Shown one piece after another: positions 8,636 to 18,096 of a stretch of 64,000 nucleotides of DNA. How positions within the stretch are numbered: the stretch's first letter is position 1; every line of letters starts with the position of its first letter. A program made the position numbers and the translations under genes. The notes beneath the pieces were generated by a model that did not search any database, had not been told where the DNA came from, and worked only from the letters and a program-made list of their open reading frames with translations. The DNA is from a virus (Duplodnaviria; Caudoviricetes). The stretch is taken from positions 1 through 64,000 of the IMG/VR virus record IMGVR_UViG_3300025597_000009; one strand, given 5' to 3'.

Positions 8636-10206
8636 GCATTAAACAATTTCAGCAATTTAGTTGCTTCATTTTTTGACAACATTACTTTTGAATGTTTATT
8701 ATAAAAAGACATCCATTCACTAACCACTTTGTTGGTTTTCCACGCTTCAAAATAAGATACAATTGTATTTTCAAAGAGTTTGAAATTAAGTGTATCAGTT
8801 TTTTCTTCAGAAGTGTTTAACCAATTAAATAGTTTATTCCTAAACCGCTCACAGCCTTTGTAACCCCCATCTTGCCATTTCCCACCTTCAAAATAATGAT
8901 TAATAAACATCAAATACATTCTAAGAAGTTGTGGATCATAGCCTAAAGGACTAATCACATTCCCTTTTGACTTTGACATTTTTTCACCATCTGGGCCTAA
9001 AATCATACCTTGGTGTATGACCTTTTTAAAAGGCTCATCAAAATCAATATAACCAATATCATACAAGAATTTACAAATAAATCTTGAATAAATTAAATGC
9101 ATACAGGCATGCTCTGGGCCACCAACATATACATCTACAGGTCTTGATTTATCATACTCAATAGTATAAAAAGAGCTATCTACAAATGTATCCAATGTGT
9201 CTAACTCTCCTTCTATTGGAATAGAGCAACCCCATGTACGCTGTCTGGATACACACCAATCAGTTAGTTTATAGTTTGTAGCTTTCTTAATAAAACTATA
9301 CTGTTGATAATCAGTTAGTATCCTTTTATCATTAGAAAATCCTATTCCATGCCTGTTGGCAAAAGAAGCATCTCTACTGTCATCATTAGGTACTCCCATA
9401 ACATATTGTGTACCATACCCTTCAATTACATATTCAGCTGTGTAAACGGGTATTTGATTACCTTTAATGAGTGGGTGTTCACAATAACCAATAAACTTTT
9501 CTATACCATCTTCTTCTAAAGCTGTTACAATAAAAGCAACATCCAATAAAGTTTCTGGTTTAGTAGTAAAGCAAGTAATACCACTTCCGAAATCAATATT
9601 ATAGCCTTCACTTTTACCAATCCAATTAATCTGTTGTTTTTTTGTAGATATTGGATAATCCACTTTATCCAGATCAGACAGTAATCGTTCAGCATAATCT
9701 GTAATTTTAAAGAACCATTGATTTAGTTCTTTTTTTAGTACAGCAGTGCCACATCTATCACAGGTTTCATTCTTAACTTGCTCTCTAGCTAATACTGTTT
9801 GACAAGAAGGGCAGTAATTTTCTTTTCTAATAGCTTTATAAGCTAAACCATGTGATAATAATTCATTAAATAGCCATTGGGTTCTTTGTTGATACGCTTC
9901 TGAATGGGTAGACAATTTAGTTTGAAATCCAGTACTCATTCGAAGCATCTCATTCTCAAAATTAAGAATATTGGCTTCAGTAATTTCTTTGGGGTTACCT
10001 CCAACAAGCTTTGCATAGTTTTCAGCCGGTAATCCAAAAGAGTCATAACCAAAAGGTTGAAATACAGTATGGCCTAAGTACTTTTGAATTTTACAATAGC
10101 TGTCTACAATGGCATAATTATACCAATGCCCTATGTGTAATCCATATCCACTTGGATATGGAAACATTACTGTAATGTACTTATCCATATTATTACGATT
10201 CAGCAA
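8626..10206 (-). CDS. leuS: Leucyl-tRNA synthetase, class Ia, miniaturised
   Basis: MFPYPSGYGLHIGH, GYDSFGLPAEN, Zn knuckle CPSC/CDRC, QWFFKITDYA, DWCVSRQRTWG, DTLDTFVDSS, GGPEHACMHLIYSRF, KMSKSKGN. Confidence 0.93.
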   Translation of the reverse strand: MLNRNNMDKYITVMFPYPSGYGLHIGHWYNYAIVDSYCKIQKYLGHTVFQPFGYDSFGLPAENYAKLVGGNPKEITEANILNFENEMLRMSTGFQTKLSTHSEAYQQRTQWLFNELLSHGLAYKAIRKENYCPSCQTVLAREQVKNETCDRCGTAVLKKELNQWFFKITDYAERLLSDLDKVDYPISTKKQQINWIGKSEGYNIDFGSGITCFTTKPETLLDVAFIVTALEEDGIEKFIGYCEHPLIKGNQIPVYTAEYVIEGYGTQYVMGVPNDDSRDASFANRHGIGFSNDKRILTDYQQYSFIKKATNYKLTDWCVSRQRTWGCSIPIEGELDTLDTFVDSSFYTIEYDKSRPVDVYVGGPEHACMHLIYSRFICKFLYDIGYIDFDEPFKKVIHQGMILGPDGEKMSKSKGNVISPLGYDPQLLRMYLMFINHYFEGGKWQDGGYKGCERFRNKLFNWLNTSEEKTDTLNFKLFENTIVSYFEAWKTNKVVSEWMSFYNKHSKVMLSKNEATKLLKLFNACF

Positions 10207-10969
10207 CTAACTTCTCTTTGTATTGATCGGCAGTAAGGTGATACCACTTGTCTTGAGGAAGTAATCCTGTACTAGGATCAACTTCAACTAGAAGCAAATC
10301 ACCCTGTCGTTTAATACTTTTTACCTTTTCCCAGGGAACACCAATACGGAATGTCCAGGCAATAGCTTCTACAGCTTTGGCTGGTCTCATCATTGCATTC
10401 CTGTACGCCCAGGATCTCCAATGACTCTTTGATTCTCCTTCTTCGTAGAAAGCATTTCTATCCACAAAAATCCAGTATTCTCTACCTGTTGAAGTACACC
10501 AACACCTTACCAGATATAAAACACCATTACCATCTTGATAGACAACTGGTTTTAATAATACAGAAGCAAGAACACTATATAATTCATACGTATCCTCAAT
10601 AGTTTCTGTGTATGGTTTGTTGTCAGCATCCCATTTGGTATTGGTTTTAATCAGTGTTTCCTTATCTACTAAGGTTAGTTTATCCTTGATCTCATTGATG
10701 TACGTAGCTGGATTCAAACAAGTAAATAGAGCCCTTCTTTTCTCTATATTGTCTTGCTGTAGAATATCTGAAAAACCATAAGGCTGTATTAAATCCCAGG
10801 ATTCAGCCATCAATTCCCAAAGATCAAGAAGGATTCTATCAACAGCTTGATTCTTTTGATACAGCTCCAGAGCCTGATATTTAGTTTTCATGGCTCTCAT
10901 GTACTCCGTTAAGCCAAAATTGTTAACTCCATTGAGTACAAACGTTAGTGTATGCAGGTTGTTGGTCAT
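10193..10969 (-). CDS. DUF6745-like phage protein
   Basis: NIEKRR, VRCWCTSTGREYWIFV, AVEAIAWTF, RQGD motifs; ends in AES. Confidence 0.55.
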   Translation of the reverse strand: MTNNLHTLTFVLNGVNNFGLTEYMRAMKTKYQALELYQKNQAVDRILLDLWELMAESWDLIQPYGFSDILQQDNIEKRRALFTCLNPATYINEIKDKLTLVDKETLIKTNTKWDADNKPYTETIEDTYELYSVLASVLLKPVVYQDGNGVLYLVRCWCTSTGREYWIFVDRNAFYEEGESKSHWRSWAYRNAMMRPAKAVEAIAWTFRIGVPWEKVKSIKRQGDLLLVEVDPSTGLLPQDKWYHLTADQYKEKLVAES

Positions 10970-10971
10970 AA

Positions 10972-11655
10972 TTACCAGTAACTAGTAGTTTTCAGATTCA
11001 TTGTCTTATTAGAAATTTCAATCTCATGATAAATCTCTTTATCTGCTACTTGACCAATTTCCAACTTGATAGGCTCAGTTACCATAAAGTTAGTGTCGAC
11101 ATACAACCTACAACCATCACTGTATTCATAGTCATTGAGTAAGGTTATCAATTGATCTTTTAGACTGTTTTCAAGGCTGATAAACTGAGTAAACCAGGGA
11201 CCATTTTTAATGTTAACTCGAACTCTAATTGTATCATCAGGGTCATAGTCATCAGTAATACGAGCATATACATTCACACTATCAATGAGGCCAGCATAAG
11301 GTTCCTCAATAAAGTCTAGTATTCGTAGCTCATGAGTAGCTATGGTTTCCTGATTTTCTTCATCATACTCATTTCCAGAAAGGATTACTTTAGATTGGTG
11401 TTCATCATATCGGATAGTACCATCACTAGAGAAATCACCAGCCCAACTACCATAAGCTAAAAGCTGTTCACATTCATATTCCAGATAGTTTTGGACAGCT
11501 TGTCTAACTTTCTCATCTATCTCAGGGTGTTCTTCTAATTCAATAGTACAACCACCACTATCATTGCCCCCATTCCAATTTCCAGATAGCTCACATTTGC
11601 TGAGCACATCCTTCAGATTCACTTTGATTGTCTGAGGTTTCTCTTCTGTTACCAT
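10972..11655 (-). CDS. Acidic hypothetical protein (DUF6878-like N-terminus)
   Basis: WNGGNDSG motif; adjacent to the DUF6915 gene. Confidence 0.5.
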   Translation of the reverse strand: MVTEEKPQTIKVNLKDVLSKCELSGNWNGGNDSGGCTIELEEHPEIDEKVRQAVQNYLEYECEQLLAYGSWAGDFSSDGTIRYDEHQSKVILSGNEYDEENQETIATHELRILDFIEEPYAGLIDSVNVYARITDDYDPDDTIRVRVNIKNGPWFTQFISLENSLKDQLITLLNDYEYSDGCRLYVDTNFMVTEPIKLEIGQVADKEIYHEIEISNKTMNLKTTSYW

Positions 11656-12022
11656 TTTCTACTTCTTTTAACCAATGTAATTCTCTTGGGTCTGGATGAT
11701 TAATCCAGGATTCTTTTGTTTCAAATGTTATACATCTTAGCCAATCAGCTGGAGCAGGAGCTTTGCCATTATGGTCTTCCTTGAGGTGTTCAATCAATAC
11801 ATCTCTTACCGAGAGTACACCTCCAGTTTTAGTATTAGGAACAGTATCCCCAAGCAGGTCCACCACTACACTAATAAACCAGAGATTATGAGAGAACATT
11901 CTATGTTGCCACTGAGGAAAATACAGCTTACTACTATCCATTAGTTTATGGAGCTTTAAGGTATCTTCTACATGGCAATTAAACTTCCTGGCTGATATCT
12001 TGGCGTGATCCAGGTAAAACAT
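11591..12022 (-). CDS. DUF6915 family protein
   Basis: HAKISARKF...LHKLMDSSK...HRMFSHN...VRDVLIEHLKED motifs. Confidence 0.7.
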   Translation of the reverse strand: MFYLDHAKISARKFNCHVEDTLKLHKLMDSSKLYFPQWQHRMFSHNLWFISVVVDLLGDTVPNTKTGGVLSVRDVLIEHLKEDHNGKAPAPADWLRCITFETKESWINHPDPRELHWLKEVENGNRRETSDNQSESEGCAQQM

Positions 12023-12023
12023 G

Positions 12024-12410
12024 CTAGAGGTGTTTTTGAGCTTTGTAGGCTTTTTCTTCTTCTCTTAATCGTCTTATTTCAGCTCTAAAGGAAGCTAGTA
12101 AACCATCTTTTCGGTCTTCAAACTCCTTTAGTTTGGCTGCATGTTCTGTATACACTACCTCTTCTTCAGGAGTAAGATTAGAAATAGTAGCTCCTTGAAG
12201 GTAATAAGTCCGGTGATCAAAATCAGGTTGAAAACTTAAATGAGTTTGTCCTTTAGTTTTTAATTCATCCAGGACTCGCTGCATTTCCTCTACACTGATA
12301 AATGGAAAGATGAGATCATAATACTTACCTCCCTGAATAACTTCTGAATTCTCAGCTGGAGTAAACAAAGCCGGTGTAATAAGATCACCCAATTCAATTT
12401 TTACATACAT
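12024..12410 (-). CDS. Hypothetical protein
   Basis: Packed co-oriented ORF. Confidence 0.6.
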   Translation of the reverse strand: MYVKIELGDLITPALFTPAENSEVIQGGKYYDLIFPFISVEEMQRVLDELKTKGQTHLSFQPDFDHRTYYLQGATISNLTPEEEVVYTEHAAKLKEFEDRKDGLLASFRAEIRRLREEEKAYKAQKHL

Positions 12411-12430
12411 AGCACTACTAACGGATGTAT

Positions 12431-12892
12431 TTATACGTTAATAAAATAAGGCATCAAATTCACAGGTCGGTAGTTGATGGACTTTAATACTTTACCATCT
12501 TCTTCCCTATACACAATCCAATATTTCCCATGTTGCTGAATATAAGTAGGTACATTCTTAGCAGCATACATTGTCTGAGTTAGCTTAGCTTCATCTAAAG
12601 AAACACAAGCTTTAGTCATGTTACTCGCATGTACATCATCAAAAGCTGGATCAAATACATGCTGGAAGCCAAACTCCAGCACAGTACCTTTAAGAATGTA
12701 TTCTATGTCACATAACGCATCCAATACTTCTACTTGATTCTTACTTTGGATAGCTGTTTGCAGTTCATTTAATTCCTCCTGCAACAAGCTTAATCTAAGT
12801 AAAGCCCTACTGGGATCAATGTGACCTACTTGGTCTTCAATAGGATGATTAAATGTTTGATGAAATTCGGCAACTTGTTCTAATTGAGTCAT
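12431..12892 (-). CDS. MazG-like nucleoside triphosphate pyrophosphohydrolase
   Basis: VAEFHQTF, LLQEELNEL, EVLDALCDIEY, VHASNMTK, DGKVLKS. Confidence 0.88.
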   Translation of the reverse strand: MTQLEQVAEFHQTFNHPIEDQVGHIDPSRALLRLSLLQEELNELQTAIQSKNQVEVLDALCDIEYILKGTVLEFGFQHVFDPAFDDVHASNMTKACVSLDEAKLTQTMYAAKNVPTYIQQHGKYWIVYREEDGKVLKSINYRPVNLMPYFINV

Positions 12893-13050
12893 GATGGAGT
12901 TACTATTTGAATTCTACCTTCTTCATCTGCACCAAATTCTTCCTGGGCAAATTTGATAGCCTCTTCTTTTGATGTAAATGTGTCCACATTTACCCATTCC
13001 TCTCTATCCAATTGAGGAATATCAACATAGTACTTAATCTCTTCTTCCAT
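12889..13050 (-). CDS. Small acidic protein (53 aa, below the ORF-track cutoff)
   Basis: MEEEIKYYVDIPQLDREEWVNVDTFTSKEEAIKFAQEEFGADEEGRIQIVTPS*; fills the gap with an ATGA overlap. Confidence 0.55.
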   Translation of the reverse strand: MEEEIKYYVDIPQLDREEWVNVDTFTSKEEAIKFAQEEFGADEEGRIQIVTPS

Positions 13051-13054
13051 ACTT

Positions 13055-13528
13055 TTATTCAGGAATATGTCTAGCCAAAAACTCAGATGTAACTTCTACA
13101 TGAGACATATCTTTTACTGAAGCTTTGACAATAACCTCTACTTCTTCTTTGGTATAAAGCCTCTTTCCCTGCTCAACATTAGAGAGTAAGATAGATAAGT
13201 CTATTAGCTTAACATAAGGCTGGGTAAAGAACAGATTTACAAAGGAAAACAATGTATCTAGTTGAAAATCCCTTTCATAGGTTACCACCTCTGTATCAAC
13301 GGATAGCGAAGACTTCACAGGAAGTTGGTTTTCTCTTAATTTTTCAGCTCGTTCATAGATATGCTTATTGGCAGTTAGTAGCTTATCCAGTAAGTTCTTA
13401 TTATAAGACTTATACCAAGCATTATCTTCCTTAAATAGCTTACCAGCTATGTGCAATAAATAAGAACAAACCAGGGCAATTCCATATGCCCTAGTCAGTC
13501 TATTCTTCTCTTTAAGCGTTTGTTCCAT
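13055..13528 (-). CDS. Hypothetical protein
   Basis: Packed co-oriented ORF. Confidence 0.6.
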   Translation of the reverse strand: MEQTLKEKNRLTRAYGIALVCSYLLHIAGKLFKEDNAWYKSYNKNLLDKLLTANKHIYERAEKLRENQLPVKSSLSVDTEVVTYERDFQLDTLFSFVNLFFTQPYVKLIDLSILLSNVEQGKRLYTKEEVEVIVKASVKDMSHVEVTSEFLARHIPE

Positions 13529-14261
13529 GCCTACTTAAAAATAGAGCTTGTTGTAAAATCAAATAATTTAGTAAATCGGTGAATTTCTCCTTAACCATAG
13601 CTTCACTAGCCACTTTACCAGCTTTTAAATCTTGTAGCATATCCCGGTAACTGATCCAATGTTTAAGCATAAAGCCATCCAGAATTTCTTCAGGTAACTC
13701 TCCACTAATCTTTGCTCCTACATCAAAATTGTGCATCATATTATTACCTCTTGAGTACTCTTTATTCTTAGTCCCTAAGGTCTGTTGAATACTTTGTAAA
13801 CAACTCTGTAAATAGGCACTAAACTGCTCTGGATCTCTCAGATTGTAATCTGACTTAACAGGAACAGTAGCTGGCACCACAAAAGTAGGAGTAGCTTGCG
13901 TAGTTAATGTACTATTGGTTGTTACACTGTGAGTGGCTACAGAAGGAGCACCTCCATTCAAATAACTTAGGTAATCTTTGGTTACTGGAGCAAAATACTC
14001 TCCACTAAAAGGTGCTGAATACACTGGATTCTTAGTACCAATGTTGATAAACTCAGGGTTGCTATCCAGGACATAAAACACTTTTTTATTAACTACAATA
14101 AAGGTGAATCTCTTTACTTCATTCTTAAAGAGTTTAACCATATTGGAAGTTCTGTTGTAGTGTCTGTTGTCAATCAAATTATAGTTAAACACTACAGTTT
14201 GATACTGGCTGATACACTCCCTAAACTCCTCTTTTCCAATTGCCTCTGCATCAATCAGCAT
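13512..14261 (-). CDS. Protein with C-terminal DUF1599-like (nucleotide-modification-associated) domain
   Basis: LGTKNKEYS...MHNF...KH...DLLNYLIL helical signature. Confidence 0.6.
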   Translation of the reverse strand: MLIDAEAIGKEEFRECISQYQTVVFNYNLIDNRHYNRTSNMVKLFKNEVKRFTFIVVNKKVFYVLDSNPEFINIGTKNPVYSAPFSGEYFAPVTKDYLSYLNGGAPSVATHSVTTNSTLTTQATPTFVVPATVPVKSDYNLRDPEQFSAYLQSCLQSIQQTLGTKNKEYSRGNNMMHNFDVGAKISGELPEEILDGFMLKHWISYRDMLQDLKAGKVASEAMVKEKFTDLLNYLILQQALFLSRHGTNA

Positions 14262-15144
14262 ACATAATACTTGTTAGTTGAGAAAATTCTTTAAACACAT
14301 TGCTTGTAATTGATTGGTTATTTCTGGCATAATAAGCCGGGTGATATTCTTCCAGAATAGTGTGCCTGGGGGCAATCAATTGTTTAAATCCCTGAGCTTC
14401 CTTACCCCACAAAACCCACACAAAATCAGATTTGCTATTTAACTCATCAATAACCACCTCAATAAAAGGTCTCCATAAAGTAAGATGAGACCTAGGATCA
14501 TCAGTAGTTGTTAAAGCACAGTTGAGTAGCAAGAGTCCTTGATGAATCAGATTACTCAAATCATTAGGTAAACTCCATCTGAAATCCAGCTTATACGATG
14601 ACCTAATTCCATTTTCGAGTACAGCTAGAGAAGCTGGTTTACGTTTCTCATAGGTAGCAAAAGCAAAACCATTAGCCAGATTAGGTTGATTGTAAGGGGA
14701 TAACCCTAGCCAACATCCTTTTAATTGGTCAAAATCAGTCAAAAAAGCATTGAGTATTTGATAATGAGCTGGATAAACAGCTTGATGTTCTCTGGCTTTT
14801 TTAGACTGGTAAATGATCTGTTTAAACTCAGAAGTATACAAATAGGCTTTTAACCTGTTGTACCAACTAGGATGCAACCGTTTTGATAGCTCTGCTGTGT
14901 AAGGATCAAGTTGTACTTCATAATTGACATCAAAGGGAAGATTAATAGATGGGTGTTCAGTGGGTTTCAGGTGATCTGTTAACCACTGGCACGAATATAC
15001 ACAGGTTTTGTTTTGTATTGGATCAACCAATAACACAGATTGATTACTAGAGATGGCTTTTGTTAGTTTACTATACGATAAAGCTGTCCAGTAATTACCA
15101 ATGGCCTCTCCCCTAATCATTTCTGCCTGACTAATATCAATCAT
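14251..15144 (-). CDS. ung: Family-1 uracil-DNA glycosylase-like protein with divergent active site
   Basis: VYP...ILNAF, GLSPY (canonically GQDPY), ANGFAF, PASL, QGLLLLNCALT, HLTLWRPF, VLWGKEAQ, HPA. Confidence 0.8.
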   Translation of the reverse strand: MIDISQAEMIRGEAIGNYWTALSYSKLTKAISSNQSVLLVDPIQNKTCVYSCQWLTDHLKPTEHPSINLPFDVNYEVQLDPYTAELSKRLHPSWYNRLKAYLYTSEFKQIIYQSKKAREHQAVYPAHYQILNAFLTDFDQLKGCWLGLSPYNQPNLANGFAFATYEKRKPASLAVLENGIRSSYKLDFRWSLPNDLSNLIHQGLLLLNCALTTTDDPRSHLTLWRPFIEVVIDELNSKSDFVWVLWGKEAQGFKQLIAPRHTILEEYHPAYYARNNQSITSNVFKEFSQLTSIMYAD

Positions 15145-15359
15145 TAGAAAAGCTTCTGATGTAATAGATCATCAGGAATAATTAACTTGAACACACTAAG
15201 CGGCCAACAAATAGCCTCATTGAAAATCTTAAGTAAATCCCCTACTGTAACTCGCCTAGTGCGAGATTTAACCAGATAGGCATAATACAGGGCAAACACA
15301 ATACCAACAGCTACATACCAAAACATATTAAGAAACAGAAATGTAAGCAAGTACGTCAT
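15144..15359 (-). CDS. Small membrane protein
   Basis: Hydrophobic N-terminus and a WP motif. Confidence 0.55.
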   Translation of the reverse strand: MTYLLTFLFLNMFWYVAVGIVFALYYAYLVKSRTRRVTVGDLLKIFNEAICWPLSVFKLIIPDDLLHQKLF

Positions 15360-15843
15360 TCAGGGTAGCCAGCACATAGGTATTAGGTTCAATGTACCAG
15401 TTTTCTTTAAGAAATTCTTCCTGATCCAATTGAAAGTAAGTAGCAATGAATTGGCCTATAGCTCCTGACCTACAGATACCTGCTGTACAGTGAATAATAA
15501 ACCCTTGAGCATCTTCATTTTCTTTCACAAACTCAATGATTTGTTTAGCCTGGGATTCATCAAATAGCTTAACCCACTCTTTTCTATGTAAGGAGAACCG
15601 ATCAAACTCTTCTTTAGTATAATCATCAAAGACCAGTTGTAGCACATTAGGATGTGTTTGTTTTAACAGAAAGTGATTCTCAGTTTCCTTATTCTCAATT
15701 AGAATGAAGCCATACTTATACTGTTCTACATTGGCATCTGTTATTTGATCCTTAGCTAAGGTTTTCTTGAACTCAAGTCTGGAGAGACATTTGACTTTCA
15801 TAGTGGTTAGTGACAATAGTTTTAGCTTTTTGAATGTCTTCAC
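15328..15843 (-). CDS. Protein tyrosine/dual-specificity phosphatase
   Basis: LVFDD and HCTAGICRS (CX5R) motifs, then PN; probable start MKVK. Confidence 0.85.
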   Translation of the reverse strand: MKTFKKLKLLSLTTMKVKCLSRLEFKKTLAKDQITDANVEQYKYGFILIENKETENHFLLKQTHPNVLQLVFDDYTKEEFDRFSLHRKEWVKLFDESQAKQIIEFVKENEDAQGFIIHCTAGICRSGAIGQFIATYFQLDQEEFLKENWYIEPNTYVLATLNDVLAYISVS

Positions 15844-16174
15844 TCATGTTGCTAACTAGTTTTTTAAGTGTCTGAAATACCTGTTGCTTAGCAGTTTCTA
15901 CATAACCTTCTTCTGCATAGAAACTTAAGTCAATAGTCATATGCATGAACTCACAGGAATAACTAGCGTAGGTCACTATAGCATAATTAACAGTCTGTGT
16001 TGCTGTTCTTTTAATTCGATACTGTGCATCCCACCAACCTCCTACTTTTTCATAGATTTTGGCTTTCTTCGTATAAAGCCCTAGCTGAGTTTCCTGAATA
16101 TCCCCTACTTCATCAGTATGTAGTCGATAACTCAAATTCAACTGGATTAGGTTTACTTGCTTGTACTTGGTCAT
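15773..16174 (-). CDS. Hypothetical protein
   Basis: Co-oriented ORF overlapping neighbours. Confidence 0.5.
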   Translation of the reverse strand: MTKYKQVNLIQLNLSYRLHTDEVGDIQETQLGLYTKKAKIYEKVGGWWDAQYRIKRTATQTVNYAIVTYASYSCEFMHMTIDLSFYAEEGYVETAKQQVFQTLKKLVSNMSEDIQKAKTIVTNHYESQMSLQT

Positions 16175-16934
16175 AATGAAATGGGCTTACATTAACTACA
16201 AATCCAGTGGTATCTTTTTTGGCTCTTCCCTTTGGCCTAAGACCGATAATGACTCCAGTAGAATCAAAATACCTGTCATCAGATAAGTCTCCATCTTCCA
16301 CACGATACCCCATATACGTTGTAGGAAGCTGCTTAAAAACAACTGCTACATTCATACCAGCATCCAGGACACGCACACAATCTGACCAGTTATTTTCTGA
16401 TTTAGAAAAGGTCAGGTGATAGTTAGTACCCTGGTAATAAAACATTCTATCTACATGTTTGGTGTAGTCATATAATATGATGTTTTTGAGTGCCGTTGGA
16501 TACCAGTTAAGTTTTTTATGAAAAAGCAGTAGCCAATCCATATCAGAAGTCCCATTTAGTCTGACAGCATACTGTGTGTTCTCTTTACCTGCCTTTTCAT
16601 TGAGTTTAATTAACTCTTGTTGTAAAAGGCCTAAAAACACATCAGTATGCTTCAGGAATACTTCTGTATTTAATTGTCTGCTCTGCTGAACAGAAGTGAA
16701 TTTCCCAAAACCAGCCGTGTATAAACAGGAGGCAATACAGCCTGGACTAGCTTTAGCACACAGGTTTCTGCCCTTATTATTCTGTTTATAGGGACTTAGG
16801 TTGAGAATAAATGATTTGACAATATTCTTCTTCAACTTGACATTGTTAGCTCCCGGTTGAAGAAGTTTTTTTTTACCAGTGAGTAAATCAGAAAGTCTTT
16901 TTTGAATATCAACAGCCTCTACCATTCTACACAA
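16113..16934 (-). CDS. GP88 family (radical-SAM-like) phage protein
   Basis: CAKASPGCIASCL, VRLNGTSD, YDYTK, YHLTFSKSE, NVAVVF, DGDLSDDR, GLRPKG, TGFV. Confidence 0.8.
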   Translation of the reverse strand: MCRMVEAVDIQKRLSDLLTGKKKLLQPGANNVKLKKNIVKSFILNLSPYKQNNKGRNLCAKASPGCIASCLYTAGFGKFTSVQQSRQLNTEVFLKHTDVFLGLLQQELIKLNEKAGKENTQYAVRLNGTSDMDWLLLFHKKLNWYPTALKNIILYDYTKHVDRMFYYQGTNYHLTFSKSENNWSDCVRVLDAGMNVAVVFKQLPTTYMGYRVEDGDLSDDRYFDSTGVIIGLRPKGRAKKDTTGFVVNVSPFHYDQVQASKPNPVEFELSTTY

Positions 16935-17114
16935 ATATTCGATTTATTCTTCTGAGGACCAATAGCTTACATCAACTTCATTAGGTGTTTCAGAAGATGT
17001 TGTTCTGATTTCAATTTCTAGTTCAGGTGGGATTGGGTGTACACAAGTTACTGTTCCGTCGAGAATCTCAACAGTTATCATTTTGTCAGGCATAGTTTAG
17101 TTTGAATTACAACT

Positions 17115-17723
17115 TTAGCTTAGTTTCAAGGTAAATTCCTCTAAGTGTGGATGTGTCTCCAATTCTTCCAGTTTAGCCACTAGCTTAGCAAATAGGGATT
17201 TATTTGCTACATAGTCTCTTTCTCCAAAGTGTTCATGACAAAAATGGGTAGCACTTTTAACTTGAAAAACTTTATAGTAGCTATTAGCCCTGTTTTTTGC
17301 TTGCAGATACTTAGTCATAGCTTGGCTCATAAACTGTTCTCTTTTTTCAAGTAACCGTGCAGGATCAGGATACTGCCAAATATACGCTACACCTACCAAC
17401 TGACTATTAATAAACAGTTCTGATCCATAAGCAGACTCATCCAGGATTACTACCTGAACATAATCAGGCTGTTTTTGAATAGTTGCTTTGATCTTAGCTG
17501 GCTTTTGTATACTAGACTTAATGCTGCTAATTTTCCAGGTTGTGACACTACCACTACTAGTATCTAATACATCAAGTGAAGTGTATCTTGGAGCTGAACT
17601 ACTAGAAGCTGTATACTTGTTTTCGACAAAGGTTTGTCCATGAAACTTAGGCTTGCCCATTTTTCTGCTTAGGATTAAACCGAATTCCACAATCTTGACA
17701 TTCCCAGAAGCTATCCAATACAT
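17115..17723 (-). CDS. Hypothetical protein
   Basis: Co-oriented ORF; likely start MGKPKF. Confidence 0.55.
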   Translation of the reverse strand: MYWIASGNVKIVEFGLILSRKMGKPKFHGQTFVENKYTASSSSAPRYTSLDVLDTSSGSVTTWKISSIKSSIQKPAKIKATIQKQPDYVQVVILDESAYGSELFINSQLVGVAYIWQYPDPARLLEKREQFMSQAMTKYLQAKNRANSYYKVFQVKSATHFCHEHFGERDYVANKSLFAKLVAKLEELETHPHLEEFTLKLS

Positions 17724-17928
17724 GGAAATGACCTCCAGGCCCTATTACCCCATTATGCTCCCCAATTCGTCTAAATTGGGTATTATTGGTGTTACATAAC
17801 GGACAATCAGGTGTAGAAGAAGTCTTAGGTGGAACAACTTGTTCTTCTTCTAGAGATGTTTGTAAGCTCTTTAAAACAGTCTCAAGGCTTTCTGTTTTTC
17901 TAATTAACTTTAGCTTTTTTAAGCTCAT
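17647..17928 (-). CDS. Zn-ribbon protein
   Basis: CPLC...CQDC. Confidence 0.6.
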   Translation of the reverse strand: MSLKKLKLIRKTESLETVLKSLQTSLEEEQVVPPKTSSTPDCPLCNTNNTQFRRIGEHNGVIGPGGHFHVLDSFWECQDCGIRFNPKQKNGQA

Positions 17929-18096
17929 GATTAATGAAAATTAGTTAGAATGAAAAAAGCAATAGCCCCACTCAATACCAAACCAGTCAGAATAGCTTCT
18001 AAATCACCTTCCAGAACTTTATCTGTAATCTCACCAGCTGTATAACTAGCTGCACAACTACCTACTACTGTGAGTAAATGAATAAGACCTTCCATG

